Source: a virus. Taken from it: a stretch of DNA of 64,000 nt. A program made the position numbers and the translations under genes. The stretch lies in IMG/VR virus record IMGVR_UViG_3300044970_001685; one strand, written 5' to 3'. The notes beneath the pieces are model-generated. The model saw nothing but the letters and a program-made list of their open reading frames with translations, searched no databases and was not told the DNA's origin. Every line of letters begins with the position of its first letter. Position 1 is the stretch's first letter. Of the stretch, positions 15,368 through 26,001 are shown piece by piece.

Positions 15368-16098
15368 GAGTTGCAGTTTTAATATCTGGAAGATTGAAGT
15401 GTTATGAAAGTTGTCTGATTCCTTTATTGGAGTCGTGTGACTATGATGTTGATTTGTTTATTTCAATTAATGCTGAGAGAGATGATTATCACAATCAAGC
15501 ATTGAATAATCTCTCAAAATGGTTGAAGGGTGAATATATTTGTCCTTATGTTATTCCCCAGCATTATAAAGATATTTTTATTAATATGGGAACGGGAACT
15601 AATGAACCATTGCCATATAATCAATTATCGATGTTTTTCAATGATATGAATGCTTTTAAATTAGCAACTCAATATGCTGATGATAATAACTTCGAATATG
15701 ATGCATATATGAAATATCGTTCTGATATTGTTACTAACAAATTACCAGATATTGAAAAATCTGATGAATATCAAATTTTTTCGGTAATTCCTTGGTGTAA
15801 TCACTATTCACCCATAATAGACAGACAAAATCCAACCATATACAATTCTCCTGGAGATTGGAGACTTCCAGATACAGTAAATGCTCCATGGGTTTCTGAT
15901 GCAATAGTATATGGAAACAGAAATTCAATGGAAGCATATATGCAGACATATAATTATTGTATTGAAATGAATGAATTGTGGAAGGGTTTATATCCAATTG
16001 CCTTTGAGCCATCTGTGACTCAGAACGCTTATGATAAGGGTTTAGAAGTTAAATATTTTTCTGCACCATATACTATTGATCCTTCCAGGCACCAATAA
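15364..16098 (+). CDS. putative glycosyltransferase-like protein
   Basis: MRVAVLISGRLK start, YDAYMKYRSD, SDAIVYG; glycan-cluster context. Confidence 0.65.
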   Translation: MRVAVLISGRLKCYESCLIPLLESCDYDVDLFISINAERDDYHNQALNNLSKWLKGEYICPYVIPQHYKDIFINMGTGTNEPLPYNQLSMFFNDMNAFKLATQYADDNNFEYDAYMKYRSDIVTNKLPDIEKSDEYQIFSVIPWCNHYSPIIDRQNPTIYNSPGDWRLPDTVNAPWVSDAIVYGNRNSMEAYMQTYNYCIEMNELWKGLYPIAFEPSVTQNAYDKGLEVKYFSAPYTIDPSRHQ

Positions 16099-16119
16099 AT
16101 ATTTAAAAATATTTTTCTT

Positions 16120-17673
16120 ATGAAAGTTATTATTCCAATGTCTGGTATGAGTAGTAGATTTGCTGCTGCTGGATATGACATTCCAAAATATCTTATTGAA
16201 GTTGATGGAAGAAAGGTTATAGAACATATCGTCGATCTTTATCCAGAAGATAGTAAATTTGTTTTTATTATCAACGATAAGCATAAAGAAGAAACTAATA
16301 TAGTTGAGGTATTGGATAAACTTGTAGAGAAAAAAGAAATAGTTAGTATTCCTAGACATAAAAATGGCCCAGTATTTTCTGTATTTGAGTTTGAGAATCT
16401 GATTGATGATGAAGAAGAAGTAATTGTCAATTATTGTGATTTCTCAATATATTGGGATTATCGTCATTTCAAAGGTTTTGTTGATGCAACGGAGTGTGAT
16501 GGATGTGTAATTTGTTATACTGGATTTCATCCCCATATGCTGGGTAGTGATAATTATGCATTCTGCCGCACTGATGAGGACAATAAGATTTTAGAAGTTC
16601 GTGAGAAGCAACCATTCACAGAAGATAAAATGTCTGAATTTGCTTCTGCTGGAAACTACTATTTCAGGAAAGGTAGTTATGTAAAGAAATACTTTAAACA
16701 GTTGATGGATGAAGATATTAACATCAACGGTGAGTATTATGTAAGCCTGATTTATAACCTACTTGTTCGTGATGAACTTATAAGTCTTGTTTATGAAGTT
16801 CCTTATATGCTTCAATGGGGAACTCCATTTGATCTTGATGTTTATAATAGTTGGTCAAATTATTATCGTAAAGCACTAGAAGGTCAGAAAGAAGTTAGAC
16901 TTGAAAACTGTATTCTTGCTCTTCCAATGGCAGGTGCTGGGAGTCGCTTCTCAAAAGAAGGATATACCGAACCAAAACCATTCATTCAAGTCAATGGTAA
17001 AGATATGGTAGATCAGGCAGTTCGCTGCTTACCAAAAACTGATGATGTCATTTATGCCTGTCTGAAAGGTCATCAATCACCTGGTCAAAATACAGTCTGG
17101 ATTGATGAAGTTCTTGAAGGTCAGGCTTGCACAACAGAAAGAATTGTCAATGTGATTGATCCAGATTCTTCTATTTTAATTTCAGCTTGTGATAATGGTG
17201 TATTCTATGATGCCGATAAGTTTTTAGATTTGGTAAATGATGAAGAAAATGATATAATAGTTTGGACTTATAGAAATAACTATACGAGTCATTTGCAACC
17301 AGAGGCATATTCTTGGGTTAAATGTGATGAGGATGGGAATGTAAGTCGTGTCGATGTTAAAAAATTTACTGGAACTGATCCTGTAAAAGAGTTTGCCATT
17401 ACTGGAACTATGTTTTTCCGTTCAAGGGAAATCTTTTTCCGTTCTTTAAAATCTTTATATGATAATGATAATAGAACTAATGGCGAATTCTATGTTGATA
17501 GTATGCTTAATGAAGCAATAGAATTGGGATATAAAGTTAAAAACTTTGAGATTGATAATTATATTTGTTGGGGAACTCCAAATGATTTAAAGACTTACCA
17601 ATACTGGCAAAGATTTTTTAATAAAGTTGATTGGCACTCTTACGAATACGAAAATGACTACTTTACCATCTAA
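16120..17673 (+). CDS. tandem two-domain sugar nucleotidyltransferase (BcbE/KfoE-like)
   Basis: IPMSGMSSRF..PKYLI and LPMAGAGSRF..PKPFI; two NGE(F/Y)YV and WGTP motifs; late promoter AATAAATA 16094-16101. Confidence 0.85.
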   Translation: MKVIIPMSGMSSRFAAAGYDIPKYLIEVDGRKVIEHIVDLYPEDSKFVFIINDKHKEETNIVEVLDKLVEKKEIVSIPRHKNGPVFSVFEFENLIDDEEEVIVNYCDFSIYWDYRHFKGFVDATECDGCVICYTGFHPHMLGSDNYAFCRTDEDNKILEVREKQPFTEDKMSEFASAGNYYFRKGSYVKKYFKQLMDEDININGEYYVSLIYNLLVRDELISLVYEVPYMLQWGTPFDLDVYNSWSNYYRKALEGQKEVRLENCILALPMAGAGSRFSKEGYTEPKPFIQVNGKDMVDQAVRCLPKTDDVIYACLKGHQSPGQNTVWIDEVLEGQACTTERIVNVIDPDSSILISACDNGVFYDADKFLDLVNDEENDIIVWTYRNNYTSHLQPEAYSWVKCDEDGNVSRVDVKKFTGTDPVKEFAITGTMFFRSREIFFRSLKSLYDNDNRTNGEFYVDSMLNEAIELGYKVKNFEIDNYICWGTPNDLKTYQYWQRFFNKVDWHSYEYENDYFTI

Positions 17674-18529
17674 AAAAGATATAAATGCAGTTTTAATGTT
17701 GTATTGGGGTTGGACTGATCTTATTCAACTTGTTGGTATGGTTAGGTATTATCAAACTCAATATAAATCTGTAAGTTTAATATGTCTTCCCCATCAAAAA
17801 GAATTTTTGGAAGCATTGTATCCAGACTTTAATTTAATTTTCGTTTCTTGTCCAGATGGAACAGCGAGTAATGATATTGATAAGTTGGCTAAAAAACTTT
17901 TTGATGAGGATTATCTATTTTTGAATGAAGGAAAACCTGGAGAACATGGGCATCAAAATTGTTGGAATTTTGAACAAGCTTGCCTGAGAATGAATATTCA
18001 AAATGAAATTCCTAAAACTAATATTCAATATAAAAATTGTCAAATATTAAAAAAATTTAACTTGCAAGAAAAATTACAAATTAATGAAAGAGATGCAAGT
18101 GATCCAACATTTGACCAAAGAATAGGATTCTATACGCTTTCAAATCTTGATTATTCTATTGCATTTGATTATTTTAAAATTATAAGGAATGAGGATGATG
18201 AACAAAGAAAATATTCTGAGTTAGTTAAATTTAATGAATATTCTGTTGTTCATCATGTTGATGGTATGGATCTTTCTAATATTGAGTATAATTTGGTTTA
18301 TTTAAATAATAATTCAACTAAAATTATTGATACGATAAAGATTATTGAAAATGCAAAAGAAGTTCATTTTTATGACAGTCTTTATGGAATACTTTGTTAT
18401 TTTTTATATTTTTCAAATCAGTTGAGGGGTCCAAAGTTCTACCTACACAAGTATGCCAGAATGAAAATACCCAAATTTTTTGATTATAAAAAAATGGAGG
18501 AGAGTGGTGATTGGATTGTTATTGCATAA
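17654..18529 (+). CDS. putative GT-B glycosyltransferase-like protein
   Basis: GWTDLIQLVGMVRY, IENAKEVHFYDS, LHKYAR; paralog of 22517-23299. Confidence 0.6.
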   Translation: MTTLPSKKDINAVLMLYWGWTDLIQLVGMVRYYQTQYKSVSLICLPHQKEFLEALYPDFNLIFVSCPDGTASNDIDKLAKKLFDEDYLFLNEGKPGEHGHQNCWNFEQACLRMNIQNEIPKTNIQYKNCQILKKFNLQEKLQINERDASDPTFDQRIGFYTLSNLDYSIAFDYFKIIRNEDDEQRKYSELVKFNEYSVVHHVDGMDLSNIEYNLVYLNNNSTKIIDTIKIIENAKEVHFYDSLYGILCYFLYFSNQLRGPKFYLHKYARMKIPKFFDYKKMEESGDWIVIA

Positions 18530-18568
18530 TTTATGTGGTATAATCGTAGTATATAATATTTTTAATGT

Positions 18569-19210
18569 ATGGATCCTATTCTAATATCGGAAGTTAATTT
18601 TTTTAACAAAATTACTGATAAGGTGGAAGTAATTTTTGATGTTGGGGCATATAATGATTCTCCATATGTCCAAACGGGAGGTGAAGTTCATTATTTTGAA
18701 CCTTTTCCGAAATATCTAGAACAACTAAAGCAGTTGTCGAATAATAATGAAAAATCATTTTTTAATGCTTTTGGTTTGAGTGATGAAAATACATCTTTTG
18801 ATTTTTGGGTAAGTACATATTCTTTTATTGAACGACCAAATTCTACTGGTGATCCAATAAAATGCGAATTACGTAGAGCAGATGAATATTGCAGATCTAA
18901 TAATATTAAGGAGATTGACTTTTTAAAAATTGACGTTGAATGCATGGAAACCAAAGTTTTTCGTGGATTTGGAGACTATTTGAACAACGTAAAAATTATT
19001 CAATTTGAATATGGACCCGGGCAAAAAGAAGTTGGTGATAATCTAGATATTATGCTTTCTTACCTAGAACCATATGGATTCACTGGATTTAGTTATATGT
19101 TTTTTGAAGACCATGGTGGATTAACTCCAATTTCTGATAGGGAAGATCTGTGGAGATGGTGTAATATTGTCGCATATAATAAAAATTATTTTAATTCTGA
19201 ACCTTGGTAA
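18569..19210 (+). CDS. FkbM-family methyltransferase
   Basis: IFDVGA, FEP, IDFLKIDVE, IQFEYG. Confidence 0.9.
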   Translation: MDPILISEVNFFNKITDKVEVIFDVGAYNDSPYVQTGGEVHYFEPFPKYLEQLKQLSNNNEKSFFNAFGLSDENTSFDFWVSTYSFIERPNSTGDPIKCELRRADEYCRSNNIKEIDFLKIDVECMETKVFRGFGDYLNNVKIIQFEYGPGQKEVGDNLDIMLSYLEPYGFTGFSYMFFEDHGGLTPISDREDLWRWCNIVAYNKNYFNSEPW

Positions 19211-19235
19211 TTTTAAAAAATAATATTAGTAGAGT

Positions 19236-20318
19236 ATGAATATTGAACATTGGAATTCTAGAAAAACTAGAGTTATTAAAGAAAAAGATGAGAATGGTAG
19301 GGACATTGAAGTTTCATATTTCTTCACTTGTCAATTTACTGGTCTTTCTAAGCATTATCCTCAACCACTAATCTATTCGCATCAAACTCAGAGACTGACT
19401 CTTCCAACCAAAGAAATGTTTATGTCTTTGGGTAGAGGAACTGTCTATGAAGAAACGATGGAGTATCAAGTAGAACTTCCTTTTCATTTTAAGAATTTCT
19501 GCTCAGTTCCTGTATTTTACTTTGTGTATAATATGGCGAACTACTATCATTTTATCTACGATACGTTGCCTTATCTCTACTCTTACTTCAATGAGAAAGA
19601 GATTCATCCAGATCTTAAACTTCTTGTGAGTCCGCCAGAAGGTAAAGATGATCTTTATCCTTTTGTTTGGGAATCGCTAGAACTTCTTGGTATTAGAAGA
19701 AAAGATGTTGTATTTCTAAACCCAGACACTCTTTATAATACTGTTGTAGTGGGGTCGTCATTGACCCATAACGGTCTTTCAAATACTCCACCACATTCTG
19801 GTGTATTTGATATTATCAACCGTATGAAAGGTGAATATCAGGGTCCAGAGAAGATTTATATCTCACGGCGCACTTGGTTGCATAATAACTTCGATAATAT
19901 TGGAACCAACTATACTGAGCGCCGTCGTTGTGTGAATGAGGATGAAGTAGCAGAACTTTTCAAGTCTCATGGATATGAAGAAGTCTTCTGTGAAAATATG
20001 ACGATGAAAGAGAAGATTGGTTTATTCAACTCTGCTAAGTATGTTGCTGGACCAATTGGTGGTGGTATGTGTAATGTAATCTTCTCACCACCAGAAACAA
20101 AAGTTATTTCTATCAATAGTCCTTTGTTTTTTGATGTCAATACTCGCTTTGAGTATTCAATGTCTCATACAGAATTACATCATTTTAATGATACTGAGTT
20201 TGTGGAGAAAGTAGAGGAAAGTGTGGAAAGTGATGGTGCTCTTTCTATCTCTGGTGGTCTAAACTCTCCTTGGAAGGTAAATCTAAATAAACTAGCATTA
20301 TTCCTTAAAGATGTCTGA
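19236..20318 (+). CDS. glycosyltransferase family 61 (DUF563)
   Basis: NYYHFIYDTLP, KIYISR, RxxxNEDEV, GPIGGGMCN. Confidence 0.85.
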   Translation: MNIEHWNSRKTRVIKEKDENGRDIEVSYFFTCQFTGLSKHYPQPLIYSHQTQRLTLPTKEMFMSLGRGTVYEETMEYQVELPFHFKNFCSVPVFYFVYNMANYYHFIYDTLPYLYSYFNEKEIHPDLKLLVSPPEGKDDLYPFVWESLELLGIRRKDVVFLNPDTLYNTVVVGSSLTHNGLSNTPPHSGVFDIINRMKGEYQGPEKIYISRRTWLHNNFDNIGTNYTERRRCVNEDEVAELFKSHGYEEVFCENMTMKEKIGLFNSAKYVAGPIGGGMCNVIFSPPETKVISINSPLFFDVNTRFEYSMSHTELHHFNDTEFVEKVEESVESDGALSISGGLNSPWKVNLNKLALFLKDV

Positions 20319-20976
20319 AATACTAGAACTAGCAAGAGAAATTAGTGACTACACTATTTGTGGTGAAGGTAATGTATCAGTAAGAGTAGATGAAAATACA
20401 TTCCTCATTAAAGCAAGTGGAACAAGTCTTCATACACTATCAGAAGAAGACTTGACATTATGCAATACAAATGGTGCTCAGATAGAACTTCTCCATAAGA
20501 AACCAAGTATTGAAACTTCATTTCATGCTTGGATTATGAAGACATTTCCTGATATTAATTTTATTGCACATACTCACCCTCCACATACAACTAAGATTCT
20601 TTGTTCAGAAGCAATTTATGATTTTGCAGACCACAGATGGTTTCCAGATCAAATTGTGAGGAATGGAATTAAGTCCTGTGTTGTTCCTTATGCTCCTCCT
20701 GGCGAATCAATTTTAAAGTTAGTTGATAAGCATGTGTCAAAGTTTGTGGATGATGAAGGTTATTTTCCTAAGTTGATTCTTCTACAAAATCATGGTATAA
20801 TCTCAGCATCGACATCTAAGAAAGATTGTGCAGCTTCCACTTTAATGTGTGAAAAGTCTGCCGATATTTTTATTGGAGCAAAACTTTTGGGTGGAGTTAA
20901 GTTCTTAACAAAACAAGAAGTTGCCGATGTTGATACTTGCCCAAATGAAAATTATAGGAGAAATATGTATCAATGA
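20311..20976 (+). CDS. class II aldolase/adducin family protein (sugar-phosphate aldolase/epimerase)
   Basis: GNVSVR, IKASG, KPSIETSFH, HTHP, LQNHG. Confidence 0.9.
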   Translation: MSEILELAREISDYTICGEGNVSVRVDENTFLIKASGTSLHTLSEEDLTLCNTNGAQIELLHKKPSIETSFHAWIMKTFPDINFIAHTHPPHTTKILCSEAIYDFADHRWFPDQIVRNGIKSCVVPYAPPGESILKLVDKHVSKFVDDEGYFPKLILLQNHGIISASTSKKDCAASTLMCEKSADIFIGAKLLGGVKFLTKQEVADVDTCPNENYRRNMYQ

Positions 20977-21770
20977 ATAAATTTTTGTTTGTTCCTATGG
21001 GAGAAACTTTTAGGTATCTATTTGATGGAGATCCTAGAGGAAGAGGTGGAATTGAATCTTATAATTTACAGATGGAGGTATCTAATTCCCATCTTAAATT
21101 ATTAAATCAAATTAATAACGACTGTGAAACTGATATATTTTACCATTTTTATGGTATGAATTCGCAGTATGATGAAGATTTAGTAAATTTATACTCCTCA
21201 AAAAATTATAATGTAGATGGCGCTTTTACGGATGGATTGATTGGTGAGGTTAATTTCTATAATAAGACATATGACTTATTAAGAAGTAAGGATTTATCTG
21301 AGTATAAGAGCATACTTTTTGTTAGAGCAGATTTCTTCCTCAAACCTTATTTTAAAAATGTATATGATCATAATGATCAGAGAATTTTATTTACTCATGT
21401 GAATGAAATTTGTAGAGGATATCATCTTGACCCAGATGGTGTTAATCCATTTGTTAATTATATGATCTTTCATGTTCCAAATAGATTTTTTGATAAACTA
21501 TTGAATGGTCAAATAATGAACTATCATAGTTCTTATGCACATTGTTTGCGTAATGGTTTATCTCATGACGATATTTGGTTTATTTTAGATACTTATCACT
21601 CATCAAACACTGAATATGTTTGGAATCCTATTTTTCATCAAGTAGGTAGACCTGAAAATAAAGAATGGATTGATAGAGGATATAGAGTTAATCCAGAAAC
21701 AAGGCAACCATATTTTATTGAAAATGATAATATCTATTCCAACTTAAAAAACAATGACTTCTATAATTAA
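20973..21770 (+). CDS. putative glycosyltransferase-like protein
   Basis: GETFR...RAD motifs; paralog of 25153-26001. Confidence 0.6.
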   Translation: MNKFLFVPMGETFRYLFDGDPRGRGGIESYNLQMEVSNSHLKLLNQINNDCETDIFYHFYGMNSQYDEDLVNLYSSKNYNVDGAFTDGLIGEVNFYNKTYDLLRSKDLSEYKSILFVRADFFLKPYFKNVYDHNDQRILFTHVNEICRGYHLDPDGVNPFVNYMIFHVPNRFFDKLLNGQIMNYHSSYAHCLRNGLSHDDIWFILDTYHSSNTEYVWNPIFHQVGRPENKEWIDRGYRVNPETRQPYFIENDNIYSNLKNNDFYN

Positions 21771-21771
21771 A

Positions 21772-22083
21772 ATGAAAGTAATATATGTTGACATTGATGA
21801 AACAATTTGTCATAGAGAGACCTCTGTTGATTTTGGAACCACTCATGATTATTCGAAGGCAAAACCAATACCAGAAAACATAGAAAAAATTAATAAACTT
21901 TATGATGAAGGTCATACAATAGTTTATTGGACTGCTCGTGGTAGTAGAAAGCAAATAGATTGGTTTGACCTTACTGCAAAGCAACTTTCCGAATGGGGTG
22001 CCAAGTATCACGAATTGAAAACAGACAAACCATTTTATGATTTGTTTATTGAAGATAAATCGCTAAGGATTGAAGAACTGTGA
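21772..22083 (+). CDS. small HAD-family phosphatase (BcbF-like)
   Basis: VDIDETIC, WTARG, KPxYDLFIEDK. Confidence 0.85.
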   Translation: MKVIYVDIDETICHRETSVDFGTTHDYSKAKPIPENIEKINKLYDEGHTIVYWTARGSRKQIDWFDLTAKQLSEWGAKYHELKTDKPFYDLFIEDKSLRIEEL

Positions 22084-22520
22084 TTATTATTTCTCATCGC
22101 GGCAATATTCGGGGACCAGTTCCTGATAAAGAAAATCGTCCAAGTTACATTGACTGTGCGATTGGAAATGGATATCATGTAGAAATTGATGTTCGTTCAA
22201 TTGATGGTGAGTTGTGGTTGGGTCATGATGAACCACAATATAAAATTGACCATAACTGGTTAGATAAGCGTAGGCATTATCTGTGGTTGCATTGCAAAAA
22301 TCTTGAAGCGGCAAAAGAGTGTTGGGTATATCATTCTTTTTGCCATACAGGAGATCCATTTACTTACACTTCAACTGGAAAGATTTGGTTACATGATCTT
22401 TCAATGAAGATTGATGGAAATGTAATTATTCCTCTCATTGATTGTGATGATGTTGAGTGCTTTATACCTATCGGTGAAAAACCTTTTGGTATATGCACTG
22501 ATTATCCTGCCTTTGTATGA
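22080..22520 (+). CDS. PLC-like/GDPD-fold phosphodiesterase
   Basis: ISHRGN, EN, VEIDV, LGHD, HCKN, GICTD; GTG start. Confidence 0.85.
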   Translation: MIIISHRGNIRGPVPDKENRPSYIDCAIGNGYHVEIDVRSIDGELWLGHDEPQYKIDHNWLDKRRHYLWLHCKNLEAAKECWVYHSFCHTGDPFTYTSTGKIWLHDLSMKIDGNVIIPLIDCDDVECFIPIGEKPFGICTDYPAFV

Positions 22521-23299
22521 AAACAATATTTGTAAGGCATTATGATGCCTTTGGTGATTGGGTAAGTATCAATGGTCTTGTGCGATATTTAATTCAACAA
22601 TATCATTATAAACAAGTCTATCTTGTTTTAGAACATAATGAAACTCGTAAAAACTTTGTAGAGTTATTGTATGGGGATGAACCAAAAATATCCACAATAA
22701 TGGATCGTGAGTTTGAGAGAGTATGTACTAATGAGGATGTAATTGATACTAGGGTTAATGAGTATTATCCTAGAATTGGTAGTGGTAATTATTGGAGTAA
22801 TCAGAATCCCTTAGAAGATTATAACCATATTGGACCAACATCAAATTCTGATAATTTCTATATTAAACTTGGCATAAATCCAGAAGTTAAAAATAAACAT
22901 TTCTTTTTTTCTAGAAAAGTAGATCTTGAAGAAAAACTTTTCGACAGTTTAGACTTAACTGAACCATATTCAGTCGTATGTGACTATGGTGAAAACCTTA
23001 TAGATAGAAAGTATTTAAAACATTCTAAGGTTGTCAATCTTCATAATATTTCACCAAATTTGGTGGATGTGTTAAAGATACTAGAAAATTCTGATGATAT
23101 TCATCTTATCGAGAACACAGTATCTTTATTTGTTTATCATATGCAATCAGCATTTTTATTGAGCGATTTTAAAGTTCATTTACATGCCTATGCAAGAAAA
23201 GAATCACATCGTAGGTGTGATAGTCCTGAATGTAACAATCAATTTTTAAATATGTTACTTTTACCTAAACTTGAAAATTGGGAAATTTTCTGGAATTAA
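22517..23299 (+). CDS. putative GT-B glycosyltransferase-like protein
   Basis: AFGDWVSINGLVRY, LENSDDIHLIEN, LHAYAR. Confidence 0.6.
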   Translation: MKTIFVRHYDAFGDWVSINGLVRYLIQQYHYKQVYLVLEHNETRKNFVELLYGDEPKISTIMDREFERVCTNEDVIDTRVNEYYPRIGSGNYWSNQNPLEDYNHIGPTSNSDNFYIKLGINPEVKNKHFFFSRKVDLEEKLFDSLDLTEPYSVVCDYGENLIDRKYLKHSKVVNLHNISPNLVDVLKILENSDDIHLIENTVSLFVYHMQSAFLLSDFKVHLHAYARKESHRRCDSPECNNQFLNMLLLPKLENWEIFWN

Positions 23300-23333
23300 A
23301 ATCTTTAAAAAATTTTTGTGAGGTCTTAAAAAG

Positions 23334-24059
23334 ATGAACGTTCTTGTGCCTATGGCTGGATCTGGCAGTCGATTTGCTAAGGTAGGATATACTCTTCCGA
23401 AACCATTAATTGAAGTTCGTGGTAAACCAATGATTCAAGTAGTCATTGAGGGACTAAATGTAGATGCCAAATATACTTATGTTGTCCAGAAAGAACATTA
23501 TGAAAAGTACAATCTTCAATATCTTTTAAATTCAATTACCCCTAATTGTAATATCGTTCAAGTTGATGGTATTACCGAAGGTGCTGCTTGTACAACTCTA
23601 TTGGCACGAGAGTTTATTGATAATCAAGAACCTTTAATTATCACCAATTCAGATCAATTGATTTTATGGAATAGTGAAGAGACTCTTTATGCCTTTAATA
23701 GGGATAATGTTGATGGTGGTATAGTTACTTTCTCCGCAACTCATCCCAAATGGTCTTTTGCTAAACTTGGTGATGATGGTTATGTTTGTGAAGTTGCTGA
23801 AAAAAATCCTATTTCGGAACATGCAACTGCTGGAATTTACTATTGGAAGAATGGTTCTGATTATGTAAAGTATGCCGAACAAATGATTGCTAAGGATATT
23901 CGTGTAAATAATGAATTTTATGTTTGTCCTGTATATAATGAAGCAATTGGAGATGGTAAAAAAATCTGTATCAAAGAAATTGGTGTTGATGATATGTGGG
24001 GTTTAGGAACACCAGAAGATCTCGGATATTTCTTAGAGAACTATGAAGGAAAAATCTAA
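23334..24059 (+). CDS. sugar nucleotidyltransferase (BcbE-like GT-A fold)
   Basis: VPMAGSGSRF, PKPLI, TEGAACT, NSDQ, NNEFYV, GLGTPEDL. Confidence 0.88.
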   Translation: MNVLVPMAGSGSRFAKVGYTLPKPLIEVRGKPMIQVVIEGLNVDAKYTYVVQKEHYEKYNLQYLLNSITPNCNIVQVDGITEGAACTTLLAREFIDNQEPLIITNSDQLILWNSEETLYAFNRDNVDGGIVTFSATHPKWSFAKLGDDGYVCEVAEKNPISEHATAGIYYWKNGSDYVKYAEQMIAKDIRVNNEFYVCPVYNEAIGDGKKICIKEIGVDDMWGLGTPEDLGYFLENYEGKI

Positions 24060-24705
24060 TCAATTTTTCATTAAAATAAATCTTAATCAAATTAAACTTT
24101 GCATATTTGATGTAGATGGAGTTTTAGTTGATAGTAGATCTCTTCATTATCCTGCAACCATGCTTGCCTTAAAGGATTATGGATATTTTTATTCCCGAGA
24201 AGAAGATGAAAATTTTGGCACTATACCTACTAGGCAAAAATTAAATCTTCTAGCAGAACATGGTAAGATTGAAAAAGATTCTGTTGATTGTATTTGGGAT
24301 CTTAAAGATAATTATGCATGTGAATTGTTTGAAAATAATATTGTAATCAATACTCAAATTAAACCTCTATTTAAAATACTAAAATCTAATAAAATTAAAA
24401 TATCATTAGCATCAAATGCTAGATATAGTTTTTTAAATAAAGTTGTAGACAAGTTAGATATTGGAGAATATGTTGATTTGATTCTTAGTGCTCAATCTGT
24501 AATACCAAAACCAGATCCTGCAATTTATATAAATGCTATGAATTACTTTGATATATCTCCAGATCATACTTTAATATTTGAAGATAGTGAGGTTGGGAAA
24601 CAATCTGCTTATGCAAGTAAAGCTAATGTTTATGAAATTTCAAGATTTGATCAATTAACACCTTTTATATTTGAAAATAATGAAACTTATTGCACATCGC
24701 GGTAA
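24043..24705 (+). CDS. HAD-IA phosphatase
   Basis: FDVDGVLVDS, ASN, KPDP, FEDS. Confidence 0.9.
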   Translation: MKEKSNQFFIKINLNQIKLCIFDVDGVLVDSRSLHYPATMLALKDYGYFYSREEDENFGTIPTRQKLNLLAEHGKIEKDSVDCIWDLKDNYACELFENNIVINTQIKPLFKILKSNKIKISLASNARYSFLNKVVDKLDIGEYVDLILSAQSVIPKPDPAIYINAMNYFDISPDHTLIFEDSEVGKQSAYASKANVYEISRFDQLTPFIFENNETYCTSR

Positions 24706-25126
24706 TATCAATGGTCCCAATCACGAGTTGGAAAATAATCCAGAGTATATTGATATTGCAATATCAAATGGATTTGATGTTGAGATTGATGTAAGAAATG
24801 TAGATGGCGATTTTTATCTTGGACACGACAACCCTCAATATCTAGTTTCTATATCCTGGTTGGAGGAAAGAAAGGACAATCTTTGGATACACTGTAAAGA
24901 TTTAAAATCTCTTGAAATTTTTTCCAATAGTTCTGAAGATTTTAACTATTTTTGGCATCAAGAGGATGATTTTACATTAACTAGTAAAAATTACATCTGG
25001 ACTTATCCTGGAAAGCCATATACAATGAAATCAATTATTGTTATGCCAGAATTGATTGATGACTTAGAATATAAAAATTTTAAATCATTGAATTGTTATG
25101 GTGTTTGTAGTGATTACGTTTCTTGA
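24680..25126 (+). CDS. PLC-like/GDPD-fold phosphodiesterase (second copy)
   Basis: LIAHRGN, VEIDV, LGHD, HCK, GVCSD. Confidence 0.85.
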   Translation: MKLIAHRGNINGPNHELENNPEYIDIAISNGFDVEIDVRNVDGDFYLGHDNPQYLVSISWLEERKDNLWIHCKDLKSLEIFSNSSEDFNYFWHQEDDFTLTSKNYIWTYPGKPYTMKSIIVMPELIDDLEYKNFKSLNCYGVCSDYVS

Positions 25127-25152
25127 ACTATAATGTATATTAAAAGGTAATT

Positions 25153-26001
25153 ATGAAAGATAAATGTTTATTTGTTATTAATGGTGACACCTTTCGTTTG
25201 GGTGGTCAAGGATCCGTTGGTAAGGGTGGAGAAGAATCCATCAACAGACAAAAGTTGGCAACCGATTCTCATAATAATTTTTTTGAATCTATTGAAAAAA
25301 AGTTAGGAGTTAAATGTGAAATTTATTTAAACATTTATACTTGTAACGATGAATATGATCAAAAATTATTGGAATGGTATGGTGAAAGAGTTGTAAATGT
25401 TGCTATACATCCAAAAAGATTTGAAAATGAACTTGGTTTGGTCTATGATACAACAAGATCTCTAAAAGAATTTGGTCTTGATGATTATAGATTTGTAATG
25501 ATGATTCGCCCAGATTGCTACATTAAAAAGTATTTCGCAGAAATATTTAAAGTTGATGATAATAGAGTTTTATATGCACACTTAGATGCAGGTTATAAAA
25601 TGATTGATAGTGGTGGATCAATATCATTTTTAGATGCACTTGGTTCTAAACTGGATGTTCCTCACGTATGTCATAATATTACTTATTGTCCTCATAAGCA
25701 TTTTAATTTATTTTTAGACAATCAAGTTTGGCATTGGCACGATTCTTTGCTTAGATTAAGAAATCATATATCAAGGAATGAAATTGGTTTTTTTGTTGAT
25801 ACATTTCATTGGTGTTGTAGTAGTTTGGACTGGAATCCATTATACTCTTTAGTTGGGAGAGGAGAATGCCTTGAGTATAAAGTTCCAAATATGACTTATG
25901 ATTTTGAAACAAATACAGTTCAATATATTGATACGATTGAAAAATACAAACATTTAATGTATACTGATACAATAGAGGAAAATTTAAAAAACTATGAATG
26001 A
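25153..26001 (+). CDS. putative glycosyltransferase-like protein
   Basis: GDTFR...RPD; paralog of 20973-21770. Confidence 0.6.
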   Translation: MKDKCLFVINGDTFRLGGQGSVGKGGEESINRQKLATDSHNNFFESIEKKLGVKCEIYLNIYTCNDEYDQKLLEWYGERVVNVAIHPKRFENELGLVYDTTRSLKEFGLDDYRFVMMIRPDCYIKKYFAEIFKVDDNRVLYAHLDAGYKMIDSGGSISFLDALGSKLDVPHVCHNITYCPHKHFNLFLDNQVWHWHDSLLRLRNHISRNEIGFFVDTFHWCCSSLDWNPLYSLVGRGECLEYKVPNMTYDFETNTVQYIDTIEKYKHLMYTDTIEENLKNYE

